From NCBI GenBank assembly GCA_963733675.1, contig CAVTET010000007.1, positions 49,487 to 113,486 of the forward strand: a DNA stretch of 64,000 nucleotides, given 5' to 3'. Shown here in pieces: positions 44,676 to 55,076 of this stretch. Both the position numbers and the translations under genes were made by a program. The notes beneath the pieces were generated by a model. It made no database searches. It was not told where the DNA came from and worked only from the letters and a program-made list of their open reading frames with translations. This DNA comes from an uncultured Methanosarcinaceae archaeon (lineage in GTDB: Archaea > Halobacteriota > Methanosarcinia > Methanosarcinales > Methanosarcinaceae). Position 1 is the first letter of the stretch, and each line of letters starts with the position of its first letter.

Positions 44676-45935
44676 ATGAAAGATTTAATGAAGACCACAC
44701 AGATTGATTATGCCCGTGATGGGATACTTACTCATGAAATGAAACAAATCATGGAAACCGAAAATATTGATGAAAATATACTGCTTTCGAGAGTAGCTGA
44801 AGGAAGCCTAGTTATAATGACAAGGAAAAGTTACTCTCCCATAGCTATAGGTAAAAGCAGCAGCACTAAGGTAAATGTTAACCTTGGTACATCTGCTGCA
44901 AAAATTGACCCTGATGCTGAGATAGAAAAGGTAAAGGTTGCAGAGAAGTATGGAGCAGATACAATCACTGATCTTTCCATGGGTGGAGAGATTAAGTCAA
45001 TCCGTGCAAGTATATTAAAAAATTGTAGTCTACCTATTACCACGGTGCCAATTTATCAGGCCATTGTGGAGTGTGGTATGAAAGATATTACTGAAGATGA
45101 TCTTTTATCGTATCTAAGGGCTCATGTAGATGCAGGTATGAGTTCTGTGGTGCTGCATTGTGTGGATAAGACGACCCTAGAAAAACTGAAGGGGGGGGGT
45201 AGGATAATGGGTATGGTTTCGAAGGGTGGTTCTCTTACAAGTGTTTATATGCTTACAAATGGTTGTGAAAATCCATTCATAAAGAACTTTGAAGAGATTA
45301 TCGAGATACTTAGAAAAAAGGATGTTGTTCTTTCCCTAGGAAATACTATGCGAAGTGGATGCGTTCATGATTTTAGGGACAGTGCCCAGATGATGGAAAT
45401 TGAGACAAATGTCAGGCTTGCAAATCGAGCTAACGAAGAAGGTGTTCAGGTCATAATAGAAGGCATGGGTGGGCATATACAGGCAGCGGATATTCCTACT
45501 CAAGTTGAGCTGTATAAATCAAGATCAAGTTCCCCTCTCTTCGTTGCAGGTCCCCTACCCACAGACATCGCCCTTGGATATGATCATATCGCAGGAGCAA
45601 TAGGGGCTAGTATTGCAAGCGGTGCAGGAGCAGATTATTTGTGTTATATTACACCTGCAGAGCACCTTTCTCTGCCGAGTTCTCAGCAAGTAAGAGAAGG
45701 TTTAATTGCTTTTAAGATAGCTGCCCATATAGGTGATTCTGTGAAGTATGGAGTTAATTGCAGGGATCTGCTGCTTGCAAAGAAACGTGCACAAATTGAC
45801 TGGAAAGGTCAAATAGATCTTGCACTTGACCCTGACAAACCTAAGGAGATGTGTCCCACAATTGGTCCATGTTCGATGTGTGGTGAATATTGTGCCATAA
45901 AAATTATGGGAGATTATAGTCAACGTACTGGATAA
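44676..45935 (+). CDS. thiC: ThiC-family radical SAM protein (short archaeal type)
   Basis: TKVNVNLGTS, GADTITDLSMGG, TVPIYQ, YDHIAGAIG, LCYITPAEHL, CSMCGEYC. Divergent paralog, function not assured. Confidence 0.85.
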   Translation: MKDLMKTTQIDYARDGILTHEMKQIMETENIDENILLSRVAEGSLVIMTRKSYSPIAIGKSSSTKVNVNLGTSAAKIDPDAEIEKVKVAEKYGADTITDLSMGGEIKSIRASILKNCSLPITTVPIYQAIVECGMKDITEDDLLSYLRAHVDAGMSSVVLHCVDKTTLEKLKGGGRIMGMVSKGGSLTSVYMLTNGCENPFIKNFEEIIEILRKKDVVLSLGNTMRSGCVHDFRDSAQMMEIETNVRLANRANEEGVQVIIEGMGGHIQAADIPTQVELYKSRSSSPLFVAGPLPTDIALGYDHIAGAIGASIASGAGADYLCYITPAEHLSLPSSQQVREGLIAFKIAAHIGDSVKYGVNCRDLLLAKKRAQIDWKGQIDLALDPDKPKEMCPTIGPCSMCGEYCAIKIMGDYSQRTG

Positions 45936-46286
45936 GAGCCTATTCAAAACTAGAAAAATGAATTAACTAATCAAATATGAATTGCATGCTCAGTAAATAC
46001 TAAAAAATAATTATATGATATATAAATATATTTGGCATGTATTAATACTGGTTAAATATAGAATTGATTAATTAGTTTATGAAGTCTGGTTAATTTGTCA
46101 GAAATTGGATAATGTGTCTGAAATGATAGAAATATAAAAGCCAACGCCAGGACTTATATTATCACCTGTCACAACGTCGTTACTTGCGCTACTTTTACCA
46201 TTGTTGTGGATTGCACTAACCTTTGTTGCTACCAACGAAGCTGCAATGACAGCCACTGACAAAAGATCTGTTTTAGAGTTTTATTT

Positions 46287-46317
46287 ATACATAGTTTTTG
46301 TAGCAAAATCTATGCAT
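46287..46317. repeat. Core site (second degenerate copy at about 46371)
   Basis: ATACATAGTTTTT-GTAGC-AAAATCTATGCAT. Confidence 0.75.
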
Positions 46318-46658
46318 TTTCTTATTTTTAAGCCAAAATTATAGGACATTTTTACCTGATTGTGCAGAAAAAGCATAGTTTTTATTAAAATACATGTTCG
46401 TTTAGAAAATAAAAAATGCTTTTTTCGCTTTTCGCCGAGTCAATAAATCCATACAAAGTGAGTTCGAAGTCTAGAAAAGAGTACAGTTTTCATCTAAAGA
46501 GCAGCGCTATCGTTTCGTGCAGCCCTATATAGACCTAGACTATACAATAGACACAATTTTAAAAACGAAAATCCTACAGAGCAGAAAATATCTTCCTAAC
46601 AGAGTAATGTTTATTTGAATTCAAAGCCTGTCAAATATATATGAATAATCATTAAAGG

Positions 46659-46775
46659 AATGATTTTCGGAGAACTAACTTTACAAAAGCTGACATTCAA
46701 GGAGCTGATTTTCGTGAAGCAGATCTTATAAAAGTTAAATTTGAAGGAGTTAACCTTCAGCGAACGTATATTAAC
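46659..46775 (+). pseudogene. Pentapeptide-repeat fragment
   Basis: NDFRRTNFTKADIQGADFREADLIKVKFEGVNLQ. Confidence 0.6.
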
Positions 46776-46866
46776 CCTGCAGTTCCCCTAGGACCATATC
46801 CTACAGGCACAGTGGCTACAACCCGGTTATTAAACTCACCACTATAAGCGTAAATTAAAGAGACAT

Positions 46867-47024
46867 GGTTATGGTGCAAAAAATCTGGCTTTGTTGCAAA
46901 ATCAATGAAAAACTTCGCAATTAGGAAATTTAATCAATTTAATCAATATTACTAATGGAAAAATGATATACAAAGGTAAGATTTTTAGTATCAAACTGCG
47001 GAAATATTATTTTTGCGCTAGACC
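46867..47024. mobile_element. MITE family B
   Basis: GGTTATGGTGCAAAAAATCTGGC...ATTATTTTTGCGCTAGACC. Confidence 0.7.
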
Positions 47025-47351
47025 CGACGATTTTATTCTACCGCATGTTTATGAGCCCTGTATACTTTTCCTCCCACCTTTCCAGCCCGAAAATATGCTT
47101 GACCCGAAAACCCCTAAGACTTTCGAAGACTTTGCAACGACTAATACTTACGAAGAATTCAGATACTTGCAAAACAGGAAATGTGAAAAGCACTTCTTTG
47201 AAGCCGTTTGAAAACTAATCAGTTAAATGCCATCGAGAGCTTAAACGAGTTCTGATAAACCTTCAGCACATGCAGAAAGCATGGAACTTTCATTTTTTTT
47301 GTTGATCGGTTACGAATAGTATATAAATAACTAGATAAAATCACAAATTTA

Positions 47352-47714
47352 TCAAAGTCTACCTGAATCAGCAGGACAATTTCTGAATTGTGCAAATTCT
47401 GAATCCTGATAAATTACTTTTTCCCAATCTTCAATGGTATAAGATCCTAAATTCAACTTTGTAATTTTGATTGCATTTTTTAATTCTATAAACCCCGCTA
47501 AATCAATCAACTTAAGAGCCTCAAGTATTCTCCCTCTATATACTTGCTCGATGCCACATTCTTCGCACAACTTTAGGTAATTATCATATACATCAGTTAT
47601 ATAAATTATTTTTTTCTTTTTCTGATATTTTGCAATTTTCAGAACAGATAAAAGTACTACTCGTTGATGAAATGGTAAATATGAGTTTACTGCTTCATAT
47701 GGATTAAATGGCAC
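47352..47714 (-). CDS. Stand-alone Cdc6 C-terminal winged-helix protein
   Basis: LPFHQRVVLLSV...DVYDNYLKLCE...LDLAGFI-like segment mirrors LPLHHKIVLLSV...YETLC...LDMQGYI of the upstream Cdc6; start overlaps the cdc6 stop. Confidence 0.8.
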   Translation of the reverse strand: MPFNPYEAVNSYLPFHQRVVLLSVLKIAKYQKKKKIIYITDVYDNYLKLCEECGIEQVYRGRILEALKLIDLAGFIELKNAIKITKLNLGSYTIEDWEKVIYQDSEFAQFRNCPADSGRL

Positions 47715-48951
47715 TTATTTCCCCCACTAGTGGAAAATATTCTTTTAATCCTTCTAATTGGTAATCACTATATAACGCTTTTTTTGTTGGCTGAATGCAT
47801 TCATGAGGAATAGAAATTATTCGAGTTTTTCCGCAATTATTTACTGCCACAGATTGAATATATCCCTGCATATCTAATGAACTGATCCACCCTGAAACTG
47901 TTGGTCTTGAAGATGGTTTCTCTGCAATTATCTTACATAATGTTTCATACATACTCGTTACATCTCCCGTATTCAATGGTTTTTTATTATTCATAAGTTT
48001 AATAACACTTAATAACACTATTTTGTGATGCAAGGGCAATGTAACAACCGAACTAATAATATCATCATTCTGTACTTTCTCATCAGCTTTCTTAATATGC
48101 AAAACAGTTATCTTCTCCGATACTTCTCCTTCCGCCATTTTTGCTGCTGTATGCAGTACATTAAGAGCTTTTCGAATATCTCCTCCAGTCTTTGCAGAAT
48201 TTTTGGCACATTCGATGATCGTTTCTTCATCTATTGAACTTGGAGTGAAAGCAAGATCAATTCTATCATTCAAAATATGATAAATATCATTAGTATTGTA
48301 TGATGGGAACCTGAACTTTTCAAATCCAACAGACGAAAGAACACGGGGATCCAATTTTTCCTCAAATTTGAGACTATTTGAGAGGCCTATGATCCTTATG
48401 AATTGCCTTCCAGTAAATTTACCATTTGAAATAGCTCTACTAAATGAATAGAGTATATCATCAGATTTCAGAAAATCTATTTCATCAAGAATAACAATTA
48501 AAGCTGTATTTTTCTCATTTATTAAAAAATATAATATCTCATAATAATAATCCATTGAATATCCAGATCTTTTAACTTTAGTTTTGGGATCAAGATATTC
48601 AATAAGCTTGAATAAAACTGCATTTGTGGTATATACTTCTTTACAAGAGATGCAGATCCAATCTACATTTAGATCTATTGGATCATGTTCTAACTTATCC
48701 ATTAGTGCCCTTAAAACATATTTAGAAGTTGCCGTCTTTCCACACCCAGGAGAACCAAAAATAAGAGCATTATTAGGTGCACCACGAAGGAATAAAGGTT
48801 TCATTAGATATGCTAATTCCTGAATCTGAATATCCCTTCCTATTAATACTGAAGGCAAATAATCATCGGGAGACAATACATCTGCTCTTATGATAATTCC
48901 TTTCTTTCCTACATAATCAAAAATATTTGTGTTACTAATATTATATACCAC
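47704..48951 (-). CDS. cdc6: Orc1/Cdc6-family initiator (copy 2)
   Basis: YLP..LIGRD, GSPGCGKT, LDEIDFL, RVLSS, GDIRKAL, winged helix. Confidence 0.95.
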   Translation of the reverse strand: MVYNISNTNIFDYVGKKGIIIRADVLSPDDYLPSVLIGRDIQIQELAYLMKPLFLRGAPNNALIFGSPGCGKTATSKYVLRALMDKLEHDPIDLNVDWICISCKEVYTTNAVLFKLIEYLDPKTKVKRSGYSMDYYYEILYFLINEKNTALIVILDEIDFLKSDDILYSFSRAISNGKFTGRQFIRIIGLSNSLKFEEKLDPRVLSSVGFEKFRFPSYNTNDIYHILNDRIDLAFTPSSIDEETIIECAKNSAKTGGDIRKALNVLHTAAKMAEGEVSEKITVLHIKKADEKVQNDDIISSVVTLPLHHKIVLLSVIKLMNNKKPLNTGDVTSMYETLCKIIAEKPSSRPTVSGWISSLDMQGYIQSVAVNNCGKTRIISIPHECIQPTKKALYSDYQLEGLKEYFPLVGEISAI

Positions 48952-49163
48952 CTTTTACATGATTGACCTCACTAAACATGACACACTGTACTAGACATGA
49001 CGTATTTATACTTTAGGATTTACATAGTTGAACCGAAAAAAACAAAAACATTAAACCTTCAACAGTCTAAAATATGACTTAAACAATAGTATTATTTTTG
49101 TACTTGATTTATTATCCCAAGCTCATGAGTCCTATATCTTATTAATCCAAAAACTTTAGTAGT

Positions 49164-49436
49164 CCCCCCCCTCTTCCGACATGACTGACATGAATATATG
49201 AATCCTAAAAACAGTGGTAGTTCTCTATTAATTTGTTGATCTTATTTTCAAAATGTATTTTTGCACCTGTAGTATAGAACAATAATAGCGCTGGAAACCT
49301 AATTAGCAAAATAAAAATAGTTAACTATATAAGATATTAATAATAGACTTATAACATGGCTTTTTTTTAATTACAAGACATCGACTTGATTTTTAGGGTA
49401 AGGATTTCATGTCAGTCATGTCGGAAGAGGAGGGGG
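49164..49436. promoter_or_regulatory. Putative replication origin 2: ~31-bp inverted repeats with G-strings
   Basis: CCCCCCCCTCTTCCGACATGACTGACATGAA and TTCATGTCAGTCATGTCGGAAGAGGAGGGGG around an AT-rich spacer; three ACATGA half-sites at 48957-49000. Confidence 0.75.
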
Positions 49437-49452
49437 TGAGTATATTAATTTT

Positions 49453-49564
49453 GGTTCTGTTGCAAAAAATCAGGATATTTATATGCCATAAATAGGTCAA
49501 TAATGATACAAAAAGCAATAATTATAGCCTAAAAAGGCAGTAAAATTATTTTTGCAACAGAACC
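49453..49564. mobile_element. MITE family A, internally deleted (112 bp)
   Basis: Same TIRs and partial body. Confidence 0.85.
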
Positions 49565-49585
49565 TGCTATATTATTTCACATCCG

Positions 49586-50665
49586 TTATTTCTCTGGAAT
49601 GGATTCATACAGTTTTCTTCTTTCCAGAGGCATGGATTTGAGATACTCTTTTGCTTCTTCCGGAGATACAACTTTACGGGTTCCATCAGCTTCCTGTATG
49701 ACCACACCGCTTTCTATGAGCATCTTGTATCTTGCTTTTCGAACTTCTTTGTCAGGATGACAGACGAAATGGCAGTTGGAACAGGTGTATTCCATCCGGG
49801 ATCCTGGAATCAAACATATATAAAATCCACCTTTGAACTTCGGTCTGCCGAGATACGCTTGTGTAGCAGCGGGTATTGCAGCGATGAAATCTTCATCTTT
49901 TCTGGGGATTTTAAAGCGCGCTGGAGACCATGTAGACCATTTTCCGGTGGCATTCAAACCTGTAAGACCGCCGCAGACAAGGAAACAGCGGCTATTACTT
50001 CTTCGCTTTCCGTAACTAAACTCCTTTCCACCAAGGGTTACAGTAACTTTCTCAATTGGATCCACATAACCAGATGAACATACTGAAAGGCAGAGCCTGC
50101 ATTCGTCACAATAGTTCTCTTCTTCTGGCAAGGGGTCTGTTGGGATAAGTTCTGCGTCTGTAACGACTGAGGCCAGAACAATAGCGGATCCATATTCCTT
50201 TGTAATAATGTTCCCTGAATATCCAAAATGCCCGATCCCGGAGCGTACCGCCAGATACCTATGAGAAATGGGGGGGTGCATATCTAGAAGCCAATTTTCT
50301 GTATCCCTTCGGTAAACGAAATTTGCAGACTGTGGGACAGCTTTGTATCCAGATTGTTTCAAGAAATCTGCCATCTCAAGTGCTATTCCATTTGCAAGGG
50401 TAGTAGTTCGTACCTTATTAGTTTCAAGGGATTCATGATCCATTTTTCTGAAATAAGGTTCGATAAGGTCCTGATTAAAAGCCAGGGCAAAACAGACAGC
50501 AGATTTTGCTTCTGGAAGTACATAGGTCAGGTCGGCAGAAGGAGGACCGCCTAAAAGGGTTTCGGTCGTTGCAATGCCTACTTTGAAGGCTCCAAGGGTC
50601 AGAGCCATCTCTTTTAAAGTTTCAGTCAATTCTATTATTTTAGATTTATCTGTTAACTCTTCCAC
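49586..50665 (-). CDS. Epoxyqueuosine-reductase/reductive-dehalogenase-like Fe-S protein
   Basis: ISHRYLAVRSGIGHFGYSG, LASVVTDAEL, CDECRLCLSVC, CGG...CSNCHFVC. Confidence 0.85.
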   Translation of the reverse strand: MEELTDKSKIIELTETLKEMALTLGAFKVGIATTETLLGGPPSADLTYVLPEAKSAVCFALAFNQDLIEPYFRKMDHESLETNKVRTTTLANGIALEMADFLKQSGYKAVPQSANFVYRRDTENWLLDMHPPISHRYLAVRSGIGHFGYSGNIITKEYGSAIVLASVVTDAELIPTDPLPEEENYCDECRLCLSVCSSGYVDPIEKVTVTLGGKEFSYGKRRSNSRCFLVCGGLTGLNATGKWSTWSPARFKIPRKDEDFIAAIPAATQAYLGRPKFKGGFYICLIPGSRMEYTCSNCHFVCHPDKEVRKARYKMLIESGVVIQEADGTRKVVSPEEAKEYLKSMPLERRKLYESIPEK

Positions 50666-51005
50666 TTTTGATTCCCCAGTTAAATTATAAGAGCATATTA
50701 GATTTAGAATAATTTATAGGCTATAATTGAGATATCTTTAATTTATATTGAAATATACTCTTTTTCTAGAGTTATATTTCAATAACTTTATAGACCGTTT
50801 TGTGCATGATTATTCCTAATCTAAAACTAAGAAAGTGAATTATTCCACTAATCTACAAACTTAATTTCGCGGATAAATATTCTATATTCATTTTAGTGTA
50901 ATTTTAATACTATTGGTTAGAATGCTTAGAAAAAACATGAGACTAATAAGTAAGAAAAAGTCTCAAAAATCGTATATAAAGCCAAATATGGAGGATTTCC
51001 TATAT

Positions 51006-51131
51006 TTATTTATCTTGCATTTTCTTTTCATCTGCAAGAGTAACTTTTTTCCCACAAATGTCACATTTCCCTTCTTCAGTGATACAAGGCTGTTTTGGAG
51101 CTTCTCCACCACAAATTCCACACTTTACCAT
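51006..51131 (-). CDS. Small zinc-finger protein, 41 aa
   Basis: MVKCGICGGEAPKQPCITEEGKCDICGKKVTLADEKKMQDK; GGAGGTGA RBS. Confidence 0.8.
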   Translation of the reverse strand: MVKCGICGGEAPKQPCITEEGKCDICGKKVTLADEKKMQDK

Positions 51132-51331
51132 ATCATTTCACCTCCTTTTTTGATTTCTGTATTTCTAACCCATTAAATTATTGAGGGTAAATTATATATA
51201 GTTATCTGTAATTATAATATACTATGTATATTTCTGCACCTTTAAGAAATATATGTCTGAAAAATTAGGAAGTTATGGTAGAAATTTTAAAAATTAAGCA
51301 AATGGATCTAAGAGAATGAGAGAAGTTATCA

Positions 51332-52168
51332 ATGATACTGGACACTAATTCTAAGAGCACTAAAAAATCTGATGATTTAGAAATTACTGAAATAAAGAGT
51401 ATAAAAGGAAAACTTTTTGAAATCCATAATGATATCATAAAATTGATGGAATCTTCCAATAGACTTCGTTCTGAAGCTGTTCTAGAAAATTGTAGGCAGG
51501 AATATTTACATTCTTTTCTTAATTATCTGTTTGACGATATCGAGACTGGACTTAACAGAAACATGGTAAAAAAATGTCCTGAAAAGGAAACTTGCACTTC
51601 TGCTTTTACAGCTTTCCTACAGAATAATGCAAGACTTATAAAAACTAACAAAATTGATGAAGCACTTATATTGGACAACAGCAAAAAGCTAAATGAATTG
51701 AAATGCGGAGCTCCTTATAATATATGCGAGCAGTGCTTTTCTGAAGTTTCGAGCTTATTTATAAAGCAAATCAACTTTATGCGTTCTATGAAAATTTATG
51801 AAAATAACACGGAACAGAAGCCAGATATTTCAGCTCTCGAAACAGGTGCGGTTTTGAGTGAAATTCTAGTACCTATCTCAAATAAACAGCGGCTAGATAT
51901 TTTAAAGGCAGTTGCTTTCGAACCAAGAAGTTTCTCTGCTCTGTCCAAACTTACGACTCTTATAGCAGGACACTTACACTTTCATCTCCAGAAACTCTTA
52001 GACTGCAACCTGATCCTGCAGCAACATGAAAGAGGTGATTATATGATTACTGAAAAAGGGTTCAAAATCCTGAAAAGTCTGAATGAAATGTATTCTTCAC
52101 TCCAATACGTCCCACCACAGGGCTCCACAGAAAACACTCTCCAGAGGTCAGAAGAACACCAGATTTGA
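51332..52168 (+). CDS. ArsR-type winged-helix regulator with Cys-rich N-domain (Methanosarcina Msr-like)
   Basis: PISNKQRLDIL, SFSALSKLT, GHLHFHLQKL, RGDYMITEKG. Confidence 0.85.
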   Translation: MILDTNSKSTKKSDDLEITEIKSIKGKLFEIHNDIIKLMESSNRLRSEAVLENCRQEYLHSFLNYLFDDIETGLNRNMVKKCPEKETCTSAFTAFLQNNARLIKTNKIDEALILDNSKKLNELKCGAPYNICEQCFSEVSSLFIKQINFMRSMKIYENNTEQKPDISALETGAVLSEILVPISNKQRLDILKAVAFEPRSFSALSKLTTLIAGHLHFHLQKLLDCNLILQQHERGDYMITEKGFKILKSLNEMYSSLQYVPPQGSTENTLQRSEEHQI

Positions 52169-52419
52169 CTTTATGAATATTATTGACTTTATGAATATTA
52201 ACTACATTTGACCCTAGCAAACTCTTACTCTCTTGATTGTTGAGGTCCTAAAAATTATAGAACTTAAAGGCTAGACAAAATTGCGCATAACCATTAACTC
52301 TTCATCCACTGTATTTTATAGAACTGATAGTGCACTACAGTATCATAAAGTTCTGCAAAATCTGATTAACTCTGTGTTCTTTTTCTGTCACTACAAAATA
52401 TGAATTTATCGTTTTGCTT

Positions 52420-52450
52420 ATGCGGAAGTTTTCATACAAAAACCACGTAT
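52420..52450. repeat. Core site; conserved arm 52335-52419 on the left only
   Basis: ATGCGGAAGTTTT-CATAC-AAAAACCACGTAT; homology to 10335-10483 ends at the core. Confidence 0.7.
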
Positions 52451-52709
52451 GAATCCTGATCAAAATTTAGTAAAACAATAACTGTACATTATTAAATAAA
52501 ACAGAGAAACAAAACGTCTATAAGTATCGTGAATTTTCTGTAAATATAATATAATTTAACACTTATTTAGATTTAATACGTATTTTAAATTTTTTTGGTC
52601 CATTAAAAAACTTTTTTAATAGGTTCTTAACAAAACACATAAAGTTACTTTAAACATTAATTTTTCGACTTCTAAGATAAGATAACAATAGTAAAAAAGG
52701 AGTAGTTAG

Positions 52710-53634
52710 ATGAAAGATAACCAAGTTAGCTTTACTGCACTGTCGGTAGCCTACATGCGTGCCTATCATACCATGCACGATACTCAAAAAATCTCTGATG
52801 ACTTTTTGGCTTATGATTTAATACCCAAGGAAAAAAGAGAACTAATTGAACAACATTTAATTGAAGATTATTTGAATTTGGATACAGAATTAAATGGTTC
52901 TAAGCATACTACATCTCTTTTTAGACAATATTGCGACGTCGACGCGCTTTCTGCAAGCAATTAATAGTGTTACAAGCCGTGCAAGATATACGGAAGATAC
53001 CCTTGAGAAAATTGTCAGGCAGGGAGTAAAACAGTATGTGATCCTTGGAGCAGGGATTGATACATTTACATATCGGCGACCAGATTTGATGAAATATTTG
53101 GATGTATTTGAAATTGATCACCCAGCCACACGAGAATTTAAGCTTAATAGACTTACCGAGTTGGGCTGGGAGCATCCTACAAAATTACACTTTATTCCAG
53201 TAGATTTCACGAAGGAAACCATTGTGGCAGCACTAACTCTATCATCGTCTTATGACCCAAATGTTAAAAGCTTCTTTAGCTGGTTCGGTGTCACCCAGTA
53301 CTTGACCCAAAAAGAAGTGTTTGCAACACTACGTTCTATCAGGGAAATTGCTGCTGCAGGCAGTATTATCAGCTTTGATTATATCGACGCCGATAAATTT
53401 ATCCTTGAGAAATCTTCTCCACAAATGCAAAAAACATTAGAGTTTTTGCAAAATATAGATGAACAATTCAGAATGGAAGGTTTTTATTCGTTAAAATTGG
53501 CTGAAAATATCAACACTTTAGGACCCCGTCTCCATGAAAATTTGAATCCACAAGACATCAAAAAATGTTACTTGCAAGGACGCTCAGATGGATGTTTTGA
53601 ATATGTTTGCTTTGCCTGTGCAGTTGTCGAATAA
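52710..53634 (+). pseudogene. Frameshifted paralog of the 33844 methyltransferase
   Basis: Two overlapping ORFs match the N- and C-parts of 33844-34767; shift near the T-run at about 52920. Confidence 0.85.
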
Positions 53635-53769
53635 TTAGGCACATAATATGGTTCTATGCTTCCTTGGTCAATATTTTTAATAAAACATTTAAAAGGCGTA
53701 TGATTCTTATATTTGTACTGTTATCACATCTTAAGCTTATATTGCCAAATTAGTAGGTTCTATGTCAAC

Positions 53770-55023
53770 ATGAGCTATGCTACTTTTTCTCATATTTTAC
53801 ATGATCCTTCAATACTCACTCTTTTGGGAGTTTTTGCACTTACTGCTTTCAGACAAGTTGGCTCCTTGAGATTACAAATTTGGCAGATCATGACCATGGG
53901 CGCCGTTTTGGCATTATTGGTAGGACAGATTTCGCCTGAGTTAGCTTTAAGAGCAATTAATATCGATATAATTAGCTTTCTTTTCGGGGCTTTTTGTATA
54001 GGAGAAGCGCTAAATATGAGTGGGTATCTTGCTAGGATCGGTAGCAAGATAGGATCCAGGGTAAAGAATACGGATCAACTCGTCTTACTTGTTCTTTTTT
54101 CGACAGGAACTCTTTCTACAATTTTTATGAATTATACTCTGGCTGTTATTTGCACTCCACTCGTTCTGCAGTTTTCTCGGAAATATGGTATCTCGCCTAA
54201 GCTCATGCTATTTGCCCTAGCTTTTTGAATAACTACTGGAAGTGTTATAAGTCCCATTGGAAACCCACAAAATCTTCTTATTGCAATTGATGGAAATCTT
54301 AATACTCCTTTTGTAACTTTTTTACGCTGGCTTGCTCTTCCAACTCTTATTTGTTTTATCATTGCTTATGCCGTACTTAAACTTTTTTTCAAAGAGGAAT
54401 TTGGAAAATCGATCAAAATTTATTTTGAAGAGTTTATTATAGATCATGAGCTTGCTAAGGTTTCAAAAATAGCTATTCTACTTATGCTAACTCTTCTAGC
54501 CTGTAAAATTTTTCTAATGGAGTTTTTGACTACTTGGAGTTTTAATCTGAGCTGGATTGCTCTTATCTCAGCATCTCCCTTGCTGTTTAGTAGAAAACGC
54601 ATTGAGATCTTAAGGAATATTGATTGGACTACTCTGATCTTCTTCGTTTCAATGTTCGTTCTGATGAAAAGCGTATGGATTTCTGGAACATTTCAAGGTT
54701 TACTTGACAAACTATCTTATAATTTAGGTTCGATGCCAGTAATTCTTGCAGTCAGTATTGGATTCAGCCAATTTATTTCTAATGTTCCTTTTGTTGCGCT
54801 TTACTTACCTGCAATGGGTAATGCTGTTTCTCAAGAACAACTGATGGCACTTGCAGCAGGAAGTACGATAGCGGGTAATTTATTAATCTTTGGAGCTGCA
54901 AGTAATGTTATAATTATCCAGAATGCAGAAAAAGAAGGCTAAACCCTTTCATTTATCGAATTCTTAAAAGTTGGATTTTTAATAACATTTTTGGATGCAA
55001 TTATCTATTATATTTTCCTTTAA
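53770..55023 (+). pseudogene. ArsB/NhaD/SLC13-type anion permease with two in-frame stops
   Basis: SPIGNPQN, IDWTTLIFF, ISNVP, STIAGNL..GAASNVII in one frame; TGA 54226 and TAA 54940. Confidence 0.88.
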
Positions 55024-55076
55024 CTCTTAAGAGCTGCACTCAAATTTATTTTAGATATTGTCTAAAAATAGAGAAA

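Noticed and set aside
46098-46290. Possible decayed secreted peptide on the minus strand (LLSVAVIAASLVATKVSA...)
   Set aside because: No in-frame start; evidence is limited to a signal-like stretch.
46963-47211. ORF 46963-47211 (similarly 598-858 and 40204-40404)
   Set aside because: Partly encoded by MITE family B sequence; likely chance frames.
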